A DNA stretch of 64,000 nucleotides from Setoptus koraiensis (GCA_048013815.1 CM106586.1:2976001-3040000); one strand, 5' to 3'; positions 23,899-35,796 are shown, counted from the stretch's first letter. The notes: generated from the letters alone by a model not told the origin. Program-made: numbers and translations.

Positions 23899-26800
23899 TG
23901 CTGGGCGACGAAGCTAAAAGTTTGCTGCTCGAGCTGCTCTCTTGAGGGTCTAACTGTTGCTGTTATGTAACAATTGTATCAATACTATCACTGCGATTGT
24001 GCGACAAGTCGCCTAATGGATGCTGCTGCTGCTGGGCGCTGATCGCCACCTAGATCGCAAATTGCTAATTGGTGATTGGCGCGATTTCGGGCGCGTTCAT
24101 CATGCGATCGATCGTTGTTGTTGTTGCAAAGTTTCACTCTGTCCAACTGGCCCACTGGTTGCTGCTTGAAATGGCCCACTGGTTGGCTGAGTGATTTGTT
24201 CGGTTTGGTTGCGTTAGGTTGCGTTAGGTTCGGTGCGGTTCGGTGGACAGTCAGCGACGGGGCCGACGATGAAACTGCAAATGATGACTTGCGAGTTACG
24301 TAAGTTGCCACTAGCTCTTCTCGCTCGCTAGGTGTTGCCAGCCAACAAGTGCTCGCAAGTGAGTGTCTGTGATAGATCGATACACAACAGCACATAGTAA
24401 ATAGTGTATGTAATGCACTGATATCAGTTGGACAGATATTGAGGCAAACAGGTGAACAGGTGGAGCCTTGCTCAGGTAATTATACTGTACGATTGACGGA
24501 TAGACCCTGCCCATTGGCGCACGGTGGCGCCATCTAGTGGCCGGGGTAGCAATCCACCAGAAGTCACTCATTTAGCATGCAGGCAGACACGTCGTGTATC
24601 ATTATTTTTATTATTATTATTATTATTACCATTATTAGTATTATTATTGTCATTATTATCGTCGTTGGTATTATTATCTAACCAGTGGCCAACATCGCCA
24701 TTGTTTGTGTTTAAGCACATACAAACACAACAACAATAAAAATAAATACCAATAATGTGTCTGTTTAGGTGCAAAAGTTTGAGATGATAATGGTGGCGCA
24801 ATATTCAAGGTCCTGCATCAAGAGCAGCAGTAGCGTTTGACACATGGTGAAAGTATTTCACTCACTTGTTACCGATTGTTGCCGCTGTTGTTGTTGCCGT
24901 TGCTGCTGCTGCTGTTGTTGTAGTTGTTGTTGCTGTTGTTGTTGTATATGTACCGACAATAATTAGCCACAGCGAGCTCCACTAGCAACCTGTCAGTCGG
25001 ATTCAACACAATCGGATTGAACAACACACACACACACACAATCTGTTGCTGGCGCTGTTCTTGTTTGTGAGACAAACACATCGAGTCGTCAACAATGCCG
25101 CTTAACTATAGTTTTGATTTAGTTTAAACACTGCAGTTAGGCGAATAAAGAAATTGTGTGACATATTGAACGATTTTCAAGGTTCGGCCGGCAACAGCGA
25201 CAGTGCACAGCCAGTGGCAACTCTAGCTTGGCTGGCAACAGTGTATACAGCCAACTACAATATATCCTTACAATATTTCCTTTCTTATAATTAAACTCGC
25301 CCCTTCGAAAGTGGCAACGCACAGCCAGCGTAGAAGGCGAGCGGCAAGGCAATCGCATACAGTGGCAGCAATTCAAATTTCAATCACAATCAGACAATTC
25401 TAATATCAATCAAGTGTGTGTTCTGCAACTCATTGTTATCAGCCAATTTTGTCATAGACCATAAACTAGAAACACACAACAACAACGACAACAGTGACAA
25501 TGACAACAACAAGCAAAGCTCGCCCAGCTTCGGATACATCTGATACACTAATTATTGGCAAAAAATTTTCAATATGTCACACACATATTATATTCGTTCG
25601 CTATCAATTCAAAGCGGCCACCATTTCAAGTACTAAAATAAATCAAAAGTTGATGTGGAGGGCCTTGAATAGGATTATATTTAGCAGAGAGACAGAGAGA
25701 GTTATGATTATGTGAATGTCGTTCACATTCACATGTCGTTGTTGCGCATATGTGTAACACTTACAATTGTGTTTGCACCAATAATTGTCTGAATGTGCCC
25801 ACTGTCACTCATTTCGTTTTGTCTTACCTCATGTCCACATGTTGCATTGTTTGAGGTCTCGAGTACAGGTGCCCGCCAGCCTTGGCCACACTGGCAGCCT
25901 GGCGTTGGGGTTCCTCGGGAGCATTTTGGCTGGATGCAGTTTCGAATTGCATTTAGGCCGCCCGAATCGAACAGCAGGACAGTGCGCCATTTAGGCGCCT
26001 AAATAACATATTGTCTGCACAAACATAGCCGTTGGTGTCGGGTTGTGGTTGGTTTGGATGGACATATAGTTATAAACTGCACAGAGACACAAAGGGAGGA
26101 ATTTGGTGTGAAGGCGCAAACAATCGGCGCTATGTCATCGGTTCTCACACTATTCGTCAGGTATTCACTGATGATTCGGCGGATACCTGACGATTCGGTG
26201 GATACCTGATGATTCAGTGGAGCATGGCTGAATAGCCGGCGCGAGTGATGAATAACTGCGAGCGAGTGTTTGTGTTGCTGTTGCTGTTGCTTTGTCAGTC
26301 ATTGTTGTTGCAACTCTTTCGGCGGCCACATTCTGGTCGACAATGCATGATAAAACTGATTCATTTGCACTACCACGGCCAGCGGCACAGCTGATCAGCT
26401 GATTGGAGCGGTCCAGCGATGGTTTAGCATGGAGTTTACCAACAGTACGTACACTGACAATACCGTGAGTATACTACTGCCAGGTAAATGCACAGGTAAC
26501 CACGTTAATGTTAATCAGCAATGTTTCACGGCGACCATTCAACACGGCGAAAGTTGTTGTGCTGTGTGTCAGGCAGCGGCGGCGCGCACAGCAGAGATTT
26601 GCAGCAAGAGATGGACGCGCTTGATGGCCCTTTGTTTGTTTACAAGATACGCGCCAGCAACAGGTATCACAAAGTAGCATCCACAATCCATTGTTGCTGG
26701 CTGACAATAAACACAAAGCTGCCTGACACACCACGTAACGTAGGCGCGCTACCTCTTTTGCCAAGCAAACATTGTATGATATCGAGATGGAGACAGAGAT

Positions 26801-27741
26801 AGCCGAGCGGCAGACAGGGCCAAGGACGCCACACTCGACAGGTAATGTCGACAAGACTACAACTTGTTGACGGGCTAAAACTCGCACCGTATAACAGTAT
26901 AACCGGACTGGTGTCTCGACACATGCGAGCTGTGTCCGTGAATGCGACAACCAAAATCGAATCCAATGATTCACCTCATTTCACTCTCTATTAGCCTGAT
27001 TCAATCGGCTTGATTGGGCCTGAATCGGGTGGCGCAATTAATTGCATCAATTACCATTGACACCACTTGTTGTCTGTGCCAGCAACGTTGACTGGTGTGC
27101 GCCAATTGAGCCAATTTAGCCTGTTGTTGTTGTTGTGCCCTGTGCGACGACGACGACATTGGCCAGCCACAATTGCCATAAATAAACAACAATCGCAGCC
27201 GGTTCGCGGGGGCACTGTAGCGAAAAGGGTGAGCTGGAATCGATCGATTCACTTGTTAGACTAACAATGTTGCTTCAATCAATCAATTATCCAATCACCT
27301 GCAATCGGCTGCAATCACCACGAAATTCATAGTGTGAATAATAGCTAATTTATGTGCATCGCCGATTGCGCGCTTTCCATTATGTCCGACGCACACTGTG
27401 CAGCGGCGCGCACAGGCGGCCAAGGCGAGCCGACAACAACGACTGTGAGCGGCGGCGCGCGATGGGCGCCGCTCGGCGACCGACCAAGCTCACCAACTCG
27501 CATTACACTTGTTGCCTATTACTGTGTTATCATTAATTATTGTTAGTTGAGCCAACAAGTGCGAGGTGGCGCTCACACTTGTCGGACCGACTGTGTCCGC
27601 GAGAGTGGCGCTGCTGACACTGTCAGTCTGACAGTGGCAGGCAGGCATAAAAAACCGATACGAACCGATGTGGCAAGCCCGGCCTGCGCAGCCGGTGACA
27701 GTTGTGGCGCGTTCCATTGGCGCCTTTTGATCGTCGTTAGC

Positions 27742-27753
27742 GGTGACGTCACC
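27742..27753. promoter_or_regulatory. Full palindromic CRE (GGTGACGTCACC)
   Basis: Exact TGACGTCA inside a 12-bp palindrome about 1.5 kb upstream of the cyclin E ORF. Confidence 0.35.
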
Positions 27754-28038
27754 AACGTCACACTGATATTCAGTGACTGAATAGATGATCTCGTTAAGGA
27801 CACACGATAACGCGGAGGCGCCATTTCTGCATTATGCTGCGCCATTAGCGGCTAACAGCCTGATAGTAACAGCCTGATAGTAACAGCCTGTTAGTGACAG
27901 GGCTACGCGGGCTGGCGCCATTGCGGCGCAACGAGTGAACGGTCTAATTGGAGAATCCAATCGTTTCAATATGTGTGAGAGCGCGTTTGTTTGTGTGCCC
28001 GTGTGTGTTTGAGGTTTGTACTTCTCACAGTGTGTGCC

Positions 28039-28069
<31 letters not shown>

Positions 28070-28432
28070 TAAGATAGGAAGCGCGCCGGCGCCCAAATGC
28101 GGCGATCATCGTCGTTATGCCAATTACAATTGTTGTTTGGCCGCCCTCCTCTGTGTGCCACATATCTGGCGGGGGTTGCCAATTGTCAGTGCGAGGAATG
28201 CCTCTGTTCCCCTTTTGCGTGGCCCCAGCGCCACGGCGGCAACAGCGACAGCAACAACAACAGCGACAGCCACAACTATACAATTGTGAGACTAGCGATG
28301 ACAATGCCACTGTTTGCCGGCGGGGCCGGCAATGGTGAACCCGAGCAACAACAAAGATCAGCTGATTTTGGTTCATTGAGCGGTCAGATTTGAGAGGGAG
28401 AGTGGCGATAATGCCGCGACACGCACGCACAA

Positions 28433-28455
28433 GCGCGCCAAGGCGCATTGGCGCG
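28433..28455. promoter_or_regulatory. Inverted pair of E2F-like sites (GCGCGCCAA..TTGGCGCG) upstream of cyclin E
   Basis: Two TTGGCGCG cores with a 6-nt spacer in a GC/CpG-rich promoter-like region; cyclin E is an established E2F target. Confidence 0.5.
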
Positions 28456-28571
28456 ACACACGGGCACAAATTATTTGAAATAAATCAATTATTCATGTAG
28501 TGAGAGCGCCAGAAACACAACGCACACACACACATACACACACACATGCAACAAGTAAACAGTGTATGAGA

Positions 28572-28589
28572 GCGCGCGCGCGCGCGCGC
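28572..28589. repeat. (GC)9 potential Z-DNA tract
   Basis: 18-bp alternating GC read directly. Confidence 0.85.
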
Positions 28590-29276
28590 AAACTGTGTGC
28601 TTGAACCAGCACAGCGCTGACAGTGTTGCAATGTTGGGGCGGGCAACGGGGGTTCGGCGCGGGGCTGCACAGCGCGCAATTAGCGCCTGTTAGTGCATTG
28701 GCCAAGGGGGCGCGCAAAGCAGCGAATGCGAGCGGCAGCGCGGCGGCGGGCTCTGGCTGCGGACAAGTGTGACGCGCATTTTAGCGGCATAAAACTGGCA
28801 TTATGCAGCAGCAGCGGCAGCAACTATAGTGCCGCCGGTACAGCGCCGCTAGACGCGCCACGCGCAGACGCATTGGAGTGCGCGAACTGGCAGTTATGGC
28901 ACAACATTGAGCTGCGGCAAGCGCTGCCGAGAGTGGCACAGAAGTGGGCCCGCGATGCAGCGCCGAAGCATAGCGCCGCCGAAACGATTGCCGGCAACAG
29001 GAGAAACTGTGCAGAAACGCAGCATACTGATGGAGTTTGTTGTTGTTGTCGTCGATGATTTCTCTCGCTGTCGATTGTGGCATTGGCGCAACAGGCCAGA
29101 ATCGGTTCAGTATATAACTGGTATCACCTTCATGGCATCTCCATTATTGCCAGTTCCCAACCGGTGGTAGACGCATCGCCGGCCCAACAGCAAATATATG
29201 AAACAGCAAACACGCAAATATACTAATATACAATTCAAGATCCAAATACCCAGTAGTCATCCAAAGTAGTGTAAAC

Positions 29277-30386
29277 ATGGACATGGAACTGATATGGAGC
29301 AACATGCTCGACAAGGACGCCCTGTACCACAAAATGCGCAACGTCAACATGATGGCCCAACATCCCACCATCTTGCCCACCTACAGGAGCATTCTGTTCA
29401 GCTGGCTCAGTCAGGTGTCGCAAGAGTGCAAATTGCACAAACAGACCTACCATCTGGCCATCGATTTCTTCGACAGGTACCTCGCAACCCAGCACGACAT
29501 TCACAAGCTCCAAATGCAACTCATTGGCACCACATGCATATTCATAGCGTCCAAATTCGAAGAGATCCATCCGCCAACCGTGTACGAGTTTGCCGAATTC
29601 ACGGACGGCGCTTGCACCGCCGACGAAATATTACAACAGGAACTTATCATATTGAGCGCCATCAGATGGCAGATAACGCCCGTGACGGCAAGCTCGTGGC
29701 TGAGCACCTATGCACAAACGTACTCTAGTAACTCAAACAAGGAAAACAATACCGTCACCAGGCAACGGCCCTGGCAAACCGACGTCCAGTTGGTGCCCCA
29801 ACAAAATTCCTTGCCCAATTTCAAAATGATTGTCTGTCTGGTCGATCTCGCTCTCCTTGACGTCGATTCGTTGGCCCATCCGAGCTCGCGATTGGCCGCC
29901 GCCGCTCTCTATCATTTCACAGACGAGTCAACGCTCATGCAGTGTTCCGGATTTAAGCTCAAGGACGTCATGGAGTGTGTACACTGGCTCAAGCCATTCG
30001 CTTCAATAGTTAAAGAACATTTCCAGGCTCAATGCACCGAACAGCTAGAGCAAGCTTTTTGTGATAATAGCAACGACGCCACCGATAGCAATGATGGCAG
30101 CACTAGTGCCACCAGCGACAACGACGACAACAGTAGGACAATGATTGACAATTATCAAATGCACCTACACAGGGCCGACGAGTCAATGTTACAAATGGTC
30201 CACGATAAAATCGCTCAAGATAAAGAGTTGCTGGCCTCAACATCTAAGCGCATCAAATTAGAATTCACCTCCACCCCCACTCCTACTGCCTCTTATGTGT
30301 TTGATGAGCACTCACCAGAGAAGCCTACCTCATTATTGACACCTCCGCGCAGCTCCCGGAAGAGGAAGATACCTAGGAAATATTAA
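29277..30386 (+). CDS. CycE: G1/S cyclin E (intronless cyclin box; true start uncertain)
   Basis: Cyclin N-box (HPTILPTYRSILFSWL..TYHLAIDFFDRYL..QLIGTTCIFIASKFEEIHPP) and the C-terminal Fbw7 phosphodegron LLTPPRS, diagnostic of cyclin E. Confidence 0.9.
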   Translation: MDMELIWSNMLDKDALYHKMRNVNMMAQHPTILPTYRSILFSWLSQVSQECKLHKQTYHLAIDFFDRYLATQHDIHKLQMQLIGTTCIFIASKFEEIHPPTVYEFAEFTDGACTADEILQQELIILSAIRWQITPVTASSWLSTYAQTYSSNSNKENNTVTRQRPWQTDVQLVPQQNSLPNFKMIVCLVDLALLDVDSLAHPSSRLAAAALYHFTDESTLMQCSGFKLKDVMECVHWLKPFASIVKEHFQAQCTEQLEQAFCDNSNDATDSNDGSTSATSDNDDNSRTMIDNYQMHLHRADESMLQMVHDKIAQDKELLASTSKRIKLEFTSTPTPTASYVFDEHSPEKPTSLLTPPRSSRKRKIPRKY

Positions 30387-30893
30387 TACGAATACAAATA
30401 ATATACGCACTAAAAAAGAGTAATATATTAATAGCATATAGAGAAAATAATGAATATCGACATCAACAACAAAAAAGTTTATATATCAACGACATTAGAT
30501 CGTGCACAGCGCGCAACTTGGTCTGTTCGCACAGCTTCAGTTTGCGCACAGCTGTTTCAAATGCACGTCTCTGCAATCGAATGCAATGTTGATTTTGTAT
30601 TTATTTATTTATTAATAAAAACACGTGTCGCTGCAAATTAGTCGGTGCCGTCGAAGTTTTATCCTTATTCAATATTCAATTACCAATATAACAGTCCTTC
30701 AATACACCAACCTGTCCGATCTCTCTTCCAGCCACTAGTTGCGACTAACTGTACATTGCTTCTTTTCCAGAGCCTGGCAATCCAGTACAGTCTGTTGACC
30801 ATTCCTATAACCCGCTTTAGTGATACATTGATGCTTGAGTGATCAAGCTTTGATGAAAGCCATCTACTGATCGAGAAAATAAACAAGATAAAC

Positions 30894-31979
30894 ATGAGTA
30901 AATTATTTGGTGTCTCCTCCTTCACTAACGTGGGCCATCTAATACATATAAATCTCAAGGAGCACCTACTTCCAAACAAACTAAAGATAGGCCAAGAGAT
31001 ACTGGAGAGAAATCCACGCGCAATGGCCGTTGTAAACAAAGTCAACACTATAGACAACGAATTTAGAAATTTCGAAGTGGAAGTTATAGCAAAACGTGAT
31101 GAAACTAAGCCAGATGAGGAGCTTATGATTGTTGATGTGTTTGAAAACAAGTGCCACTATAAGTTTGATTTCAGCAAAGTCTATTGGAATTCGCGTCTCT
31201 CCTCTGAACATGAGCGAATGATTAAAAAATTCAATAAAAAACGTGATGTCATTTTTGATATCTTCGCCGGAGTTGGACCATTCTCTATACCTGCCGCCAA
31301 AGCCAAATGCACAGTCTATGCTAATGATTTAAATCCAGAATCTATCAAGTGGTTAGATATCAATGTTTTCAAAAACAAAATAGATAAAGACAAAATCAAA
31401 ATATTCAATTTGGATGCCAAAGAATTCATTACAAAGGAACTTAAAGAGAACCTCCTAAAAGAGTATAGAAGGATTCAGGCGATGGAGGACTACGAAGATG
31501 TTCCAGACTTTCATTTTTTGATGAACTTACCCGCTTTAGCTTGTGATTTTTTGCCACATTTTATAGGCTTGTTAAATAATGACGAAAATTCATGTGATCC
31601 TATTGTTTACAAGACTTTCGTTCGACTAAATCTCAAGCACATCGTTCACTGCTATTGCTTTCTAAAAGGTAAATTTGAAGATCCTAAAGGGGAAGTTCGT
31701 AAATTAATAGAAGAAAAAATGGGACGAGGACTCACAGACGATCAAATTTTAGAGATATTTCGAGTAAGGAATGTAGCTCCGTACAAAGAAATGTATAGGA
31801 TGGACTTTCTGCTCACAGAAGCCATACTATTCAATCGAGACAAATCTAAGGACGAGCACGATGATCAAGCGGACACCAATTTCGATACTGATAAGAACGA
31901 TCAAAACAATCGAGAATCAGATAACGAGTCAAACTGTGAGCCCGTGACTAAAAAGCAAAAAACCTGTAAGATCATTTGA
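30894..31979 (+). CDS. TRMT5: tRNA (guanine-37-N1)-methyltransferase Trm5, apparently N-terminally short
   Basis: VGHLIHINL, FDFSKVYWNSRLSSEH, SAM motif DIFAGVGPF, YANDLNPES, MNLP and VHCYCF. Confidence 0.93.
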   Translation: MSKLFGVSSFTNVGHLIHINLKEHLLPNKLKIGQEILERNPRAMAVVNKVNTIDNEFRNFEVEVIAKRDETKPDEELMIVDVFENKCHYKFDFSKVYWNSRLSSEHERMIKKFNKKRDVIFDIFAGVGPFSIPAAKAKCTVYANDLNPESIKWLDINVFKNKIDKDKIKIFNLDAKEFITKELKENLLKEYRRIQAMEDYEDVPDFHFLMNLPALACDFLPHFIGLLNNDENSCDPIVYKTFVRLNLKHIVHCYCFLKGKFEDPKGEVRKLIEEKMGRGLTDDQILEIFRVRNVAPYKEMYRMDFLLTEAILFNRDKSKDEHDDQADTNFDTDKNDQNNRESDNESNCEPVTKKQKTCKII

Positions 31980-32285
31980 CAACGAGAGATGATTGTGCCA
32001 AGTACTTTGTTACAAGCATGATTACCGATCATGGTTAATAATGTCTTTTCGTTTGATTTCTGCTACGATTATATCACATGAACTCACTTCAAGGACAACA
32101 AGGTGCGCATGAGCGAAGAGGACATGTTGTTGGTGGTTTCAGTGGTTATGATTTAGAAAAATTATTTCAGTATATTAAAATCATCATCCAAGGAGTGGTG
32201 TCACCCCTCTAGTACCACACTCACGGTATCAAGTTCATTCCAACATCATTTTTAGGTTGTTGGTTTTATTTGTCTTGATACAATA

Positions 32286-33788
32286 ATGGAGCGTCCGTCT
32301 ATTAATACAATTTATGATTGGTTTAGTCTTAAGCAAATTGTCATAGGCTCGGCAACCTATGTAACTATTCGTGTTATCTTGTTTGTTTACAATAGATACA
32401 AGCTCTACCAAACATTTAAGAAATTATCAATACCAGGACCAAAACCAAATTTGTTGGATGGAAATTTATCAAACAAAAGGGCAGATAAGGCACAATTCAT
32501 GGTGGTGCAAAGATGGAGGGAGAAATATGGAAAAGTTTTTGGTTACTTCATTGGAGATTTACCTATCCTTGTTATTTCAGATCCTGTGATACTTCGTGAA
32601 TTTCTCATTAATAACCAGGAAGTATTCATCAACCGAGCCCCTCCATTCATTGATGTGAGACCTCTCTCAAACAGCATACTCTTTGCCAGAGGAAACCACT
32701 GGAAATCGATGCGTAAAGCACTGACTCCCGCCTTCAGCCTCTACCGTTTCAAAGGAGAAGAGGGGACCAGATTTATCGACGACAGTATTAGCTTAATGAT
32801 TGACTACTTGTCCAAGAAACAACGGAAATCCAGGTCAAATGGAGACCCTATGGTAGTGGACATACTCAGTCTCATGAAAGCTACTGCTCTTCATCTTATA
32901 TCAACAATGGCAATCGAACTTAAAGATGTAAAAGTTAAAGAAGACGAGCAACATGTTAGGGTGTTAGATGAATATCTTGAAAATTGTGATGGCACTGTAG
33001 TTGGGTGGGCTATAAAATTACCAATACTTCAAACCATATGCTCTTTCATAGGAAGTAATATCACTCTGGGTAAAATTCAAGACGATATTTTGAGTGAACT
33101 AAGAGCTAAATTGAAAAAATTACTACAATCAGACACATCCAAGAGTAGAAATATCTTTGAAACAATGGTACAACTCCATAAAGAAGGCTCACTCAGCAAT
33201 ATAGAAGTTTTGGGGAACTCAATAGCTCTACTATTTGCTGGTTACGATACAACAGCTACTACTTTGGCTTATTTCTTTTGGGCTATATCAAAACATCGAG
33301 ACATTCAAGACAGATTGAGATCTGAGATAATATCGCATGGTTGCGAGTCTGCATATCTGAAAATGGTTTTAAATGAAACCATGAGGCTATATCCCACCGT
33401 GATCTCGTTCACTCAGAGAGAGGCATCCAGAGATATCACTATCGATGGTCTCACAATAAAGAAAGGTGTTGTTGTAGTCGTAAGTTCCTGGCTTCTCCAC
33501 CGTGACCCCGACATTTGGCATGAGCCCGAGAAGTTCGATCCAGAAAGGTTCGCCGACATGAAGAAGATTGATACTTGCGCTTTCGTTCCATTCGGAATCG
33601 GTAATCGCTTATGTCTGGGCTATCAATTGGCTATGTTGGAGATGCGACTAATAGCAACAGAGTTACTGATGACTTATGATTTTAGTCTTGTTAGTCCAAA
33701 CACTCTAAGCTTTGTCACGTCTGGCAATGTCTTGACTAAACCTGTAGATACTATTAGGCTGGAATTGAAACCATTGTACGTGAGGTAA
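32286..33788 (+). CDS. Cytochrome P450, CYP3 clan, intronless (500 aa)
   Basis: N-terminal anchor, PGPKP, I-helix AGYDTT, ETMR (ExxR), PERF and haem motif FGIGNRLCLG. Confidence 0.95.
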   Translation: MERPSINTIYDWFSLKQIVIGSATYVTIRVILFVYNRYKLYQTFKKLSIPGPKPNLLDGNLSNKRADKAQFMVVQRWREKYGKVFGYFIGDLPILVISDPVILREFLINNQEVFINRAPPFIDVRPLSNSILFARGNHWKSMRKALTPAFSLYRFKGEEGTRFIDDSISLMIDYLSKKQRKSRSNGDPMVVDILSLMKATALHLISTMAIELKDVKVKEDEQHVRVLDEYLENCDGTVVGWAIKLPILQTICSFIGSNITLGKIQDDILSELRAKLKKLLQSDTSKSRNIFETMVQLHKEGSLSNIEVLGNSIALLFAGYDTTATTLAYFFWAISKHRDIQDRLRSEIISHGCESAYLKMVLNETMRLYPTVISFTQREASRDITIDGLTIKKGVVVVVSSWLLHRDPDIWHEPEKFDPERFADMKKIDTCAFVPFGIGNRLCLGYQLAMLEMRLIATELLMTYDFSLVSPNTLSFVTSGNVLTKPVDTIRLELKPLYVR

Positions 33789-34289
33789 AACGTGTTCATA
33801 GTTTACTGATGCCCATGTTCTGAAATTTGGGAATAAATCAATTTTTGCCTTTTCGGTGACTTTTCATTCAACCATGTTGCATTCAATTTTATTTCAAATC
33901 ATGTATGTACTTGATTTACATAAGATCTATAGAAAAACTGCTACCATGTCTGGCACTAGCTGCACTTCTTTAGTTTCTTGTGTACAGTAATCATGGCGAG
34001 ATATCTGGATGATTCAAATTAAAGAATCAAGTTACCATCAAGATCTAATAGAATTTGATGAGATAACTGTGATTAAGAAATTTTGTATTGAACTTTGATG
34101 ATGCAAGTCATTTTCAAGATTTAGTTCAATCAAACTACGCGCCATATCTGTGTGCCTTGGAAAGTGTGCGGTTTTTTGATCAGTAAATTTTGATCGATTA
34201 CGTCATGGTTACATTATCATTCTAAATCGCATTTTGAGTATATTACTACCTAGATCCTATATTGAACGATCTAGATTCACTTATTCAAC

Positions 34290-34790
34290 ATGGCAGGAGC
34301 AGCTTTACGTCGACTGATGGCAGAATATAGACAATTAACATTGAATCCACCTGATGGCATAATTGCAGGTCCGATCGATGAGGAAAATTTCTTCGAGTGG
34401 GAGGCCGCCATCATGGGACCTGAAGATACTTGCTTCGAAGGAGGAGTTTTCTGTGCTAAGCTCACATTTCCCTCAGACTATCCACTTAGTCCACCAAAAA
34501 TGCGTTTTATAAGTGAAATGTTCCATCCAAATATATACAGTGATGGTCGAGTTTGCATTTCAATCCTTCATGCTCCAGGAATAGATCCCATGGGCTATGA
34601 ATCCAGCTCCGAGAGGTGGTCTCCTGTACAAAGTGTTGAAAAGGTACTGTTGTCGGTGATATCCATGCTGGCCGAACCCAATGATGAAAGTGGAGCTAAC
34701 GTGGACGCCGCCAAGATGTGGCGACAAGATAGACCTAGATTTAACGCCATAGCAGATCGTCTTGTAAGGAAGTCTTTAGGTTTCACCTGA
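34290..34790 (+). CDS. UBE2G2: Ubiquitin-conjugating enzyme E2 G2 (Ubc7/courtless)
   Basis: HPNIYSDGRVCISILH active site with the Ubc7 insertion loop; strong end-to-end resemblance to UBE2G2 as I recall it. Confidence 0.97.
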   Translation: MAGAALRRLMAEYRQLTLNPPDGIIAGPIDEENFFEWEAAIMGPEDTCFEGGVFCAKLTFPSDYPLSPPKMRFISEMFHPNIYSDGRVCISILHAPGIDPMGYESSSERWSPVQSVEKVLLSVISMLAEPNDESGANVDAAKMWRQDRPRFNAIADRLVRKSLGFT

Positions 34791-35796
34791 TCTTCGACTG
34801 TTGGTTTAAATTTTAAATGTGTATATGTATATAATATGTTGGACATTTTTTATTCCTTCCAATATTTCTATAATTGATGATCGGATCCATACACAGGAGA
34901 AGTAGCGAAACAGTGATGAACTCTACTCACTTTCGTCAGAAACAACTAACTGTATCGCTTAAATTCGACTTCATTCCGTTATTCGGGTAGACTCCAATCA
35001 ACAAGCGTAATGAGTTTTTACACAGAGATTTTTTAATAGTCGAGACAACGAATATATAAGAATAAATTTTTTATCCTTTTCACGAATAATGTCCAATACC
35101 AGTAACATTAACACGAACATAAACAGCATAAACATCATTTTGCTCTTGAAACTTCAATCAACTCTGACACAAAACAGAAGTAGGGTTCTCCGGAGTCTTG
35201 GACGATGGCCTATGAAGAAGACCTTTCTTCCAATATAGTATCTGTTTGTCTATCTACTGATGAATGTCAAGAATAGACTTATAAGTGGCTCGTGATGATA
35301 TGATCTCACTAAGGTTTCCATTTCAATCATTAATCAAATGTTCAGAGATATACCATGTGAATATATATCAATGTACAAGTTTTTCGGATATATTTTACAA
35401 AATAAGAATTTATAGCCTGAAAATAACTGGAGTCGACAAAAAGTTGTTCAAGTTAACCGAGTATCATAGCGGAGGTATTGGTGACTAATTATTATTACTA
35501 GTCGCAATCATCACGATAAAACACAACTCAAAATGAAGTTTGTCAGATTGGAAAGCTAAGCAGCATCTATCAAGAGTTTTTAGTAACCTACTCTAGACAG
35601 TCAAAAACATAATCTTTCCTTTCTCTTTTTTAAGATACAGATATCATCATAAACAATCACCTCAACTTGATAGTTTTACATGTAGATTTTCATGATGTTT
35701 GTCGATTGAAAGATCATGCTCTAAGACATATGGAAAGGATTCCTCGCGAGCCTGATTCCACCAGTGGAAATTTCTTCAGGGTAATTAGTTGTAATA

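Noticed and set aside
25260-25335. SH3-like peptide RRGEFNYKKGNIVRIY on the minus strand
   Set aside because: Lacks ALYDY and the downstream WW/G..P..Y motifs, and the flanks are duplicated non-coding words.
1-28900. Most 60-170 aa ORFs in the track (poly-T/L/V/Q, CVCVCV, HTHTHT etc.)
   Set aside because: They are by-products of micro/minisatellites, open on several frames and strands, often start at non-ATG codons, and show no protein family signal.
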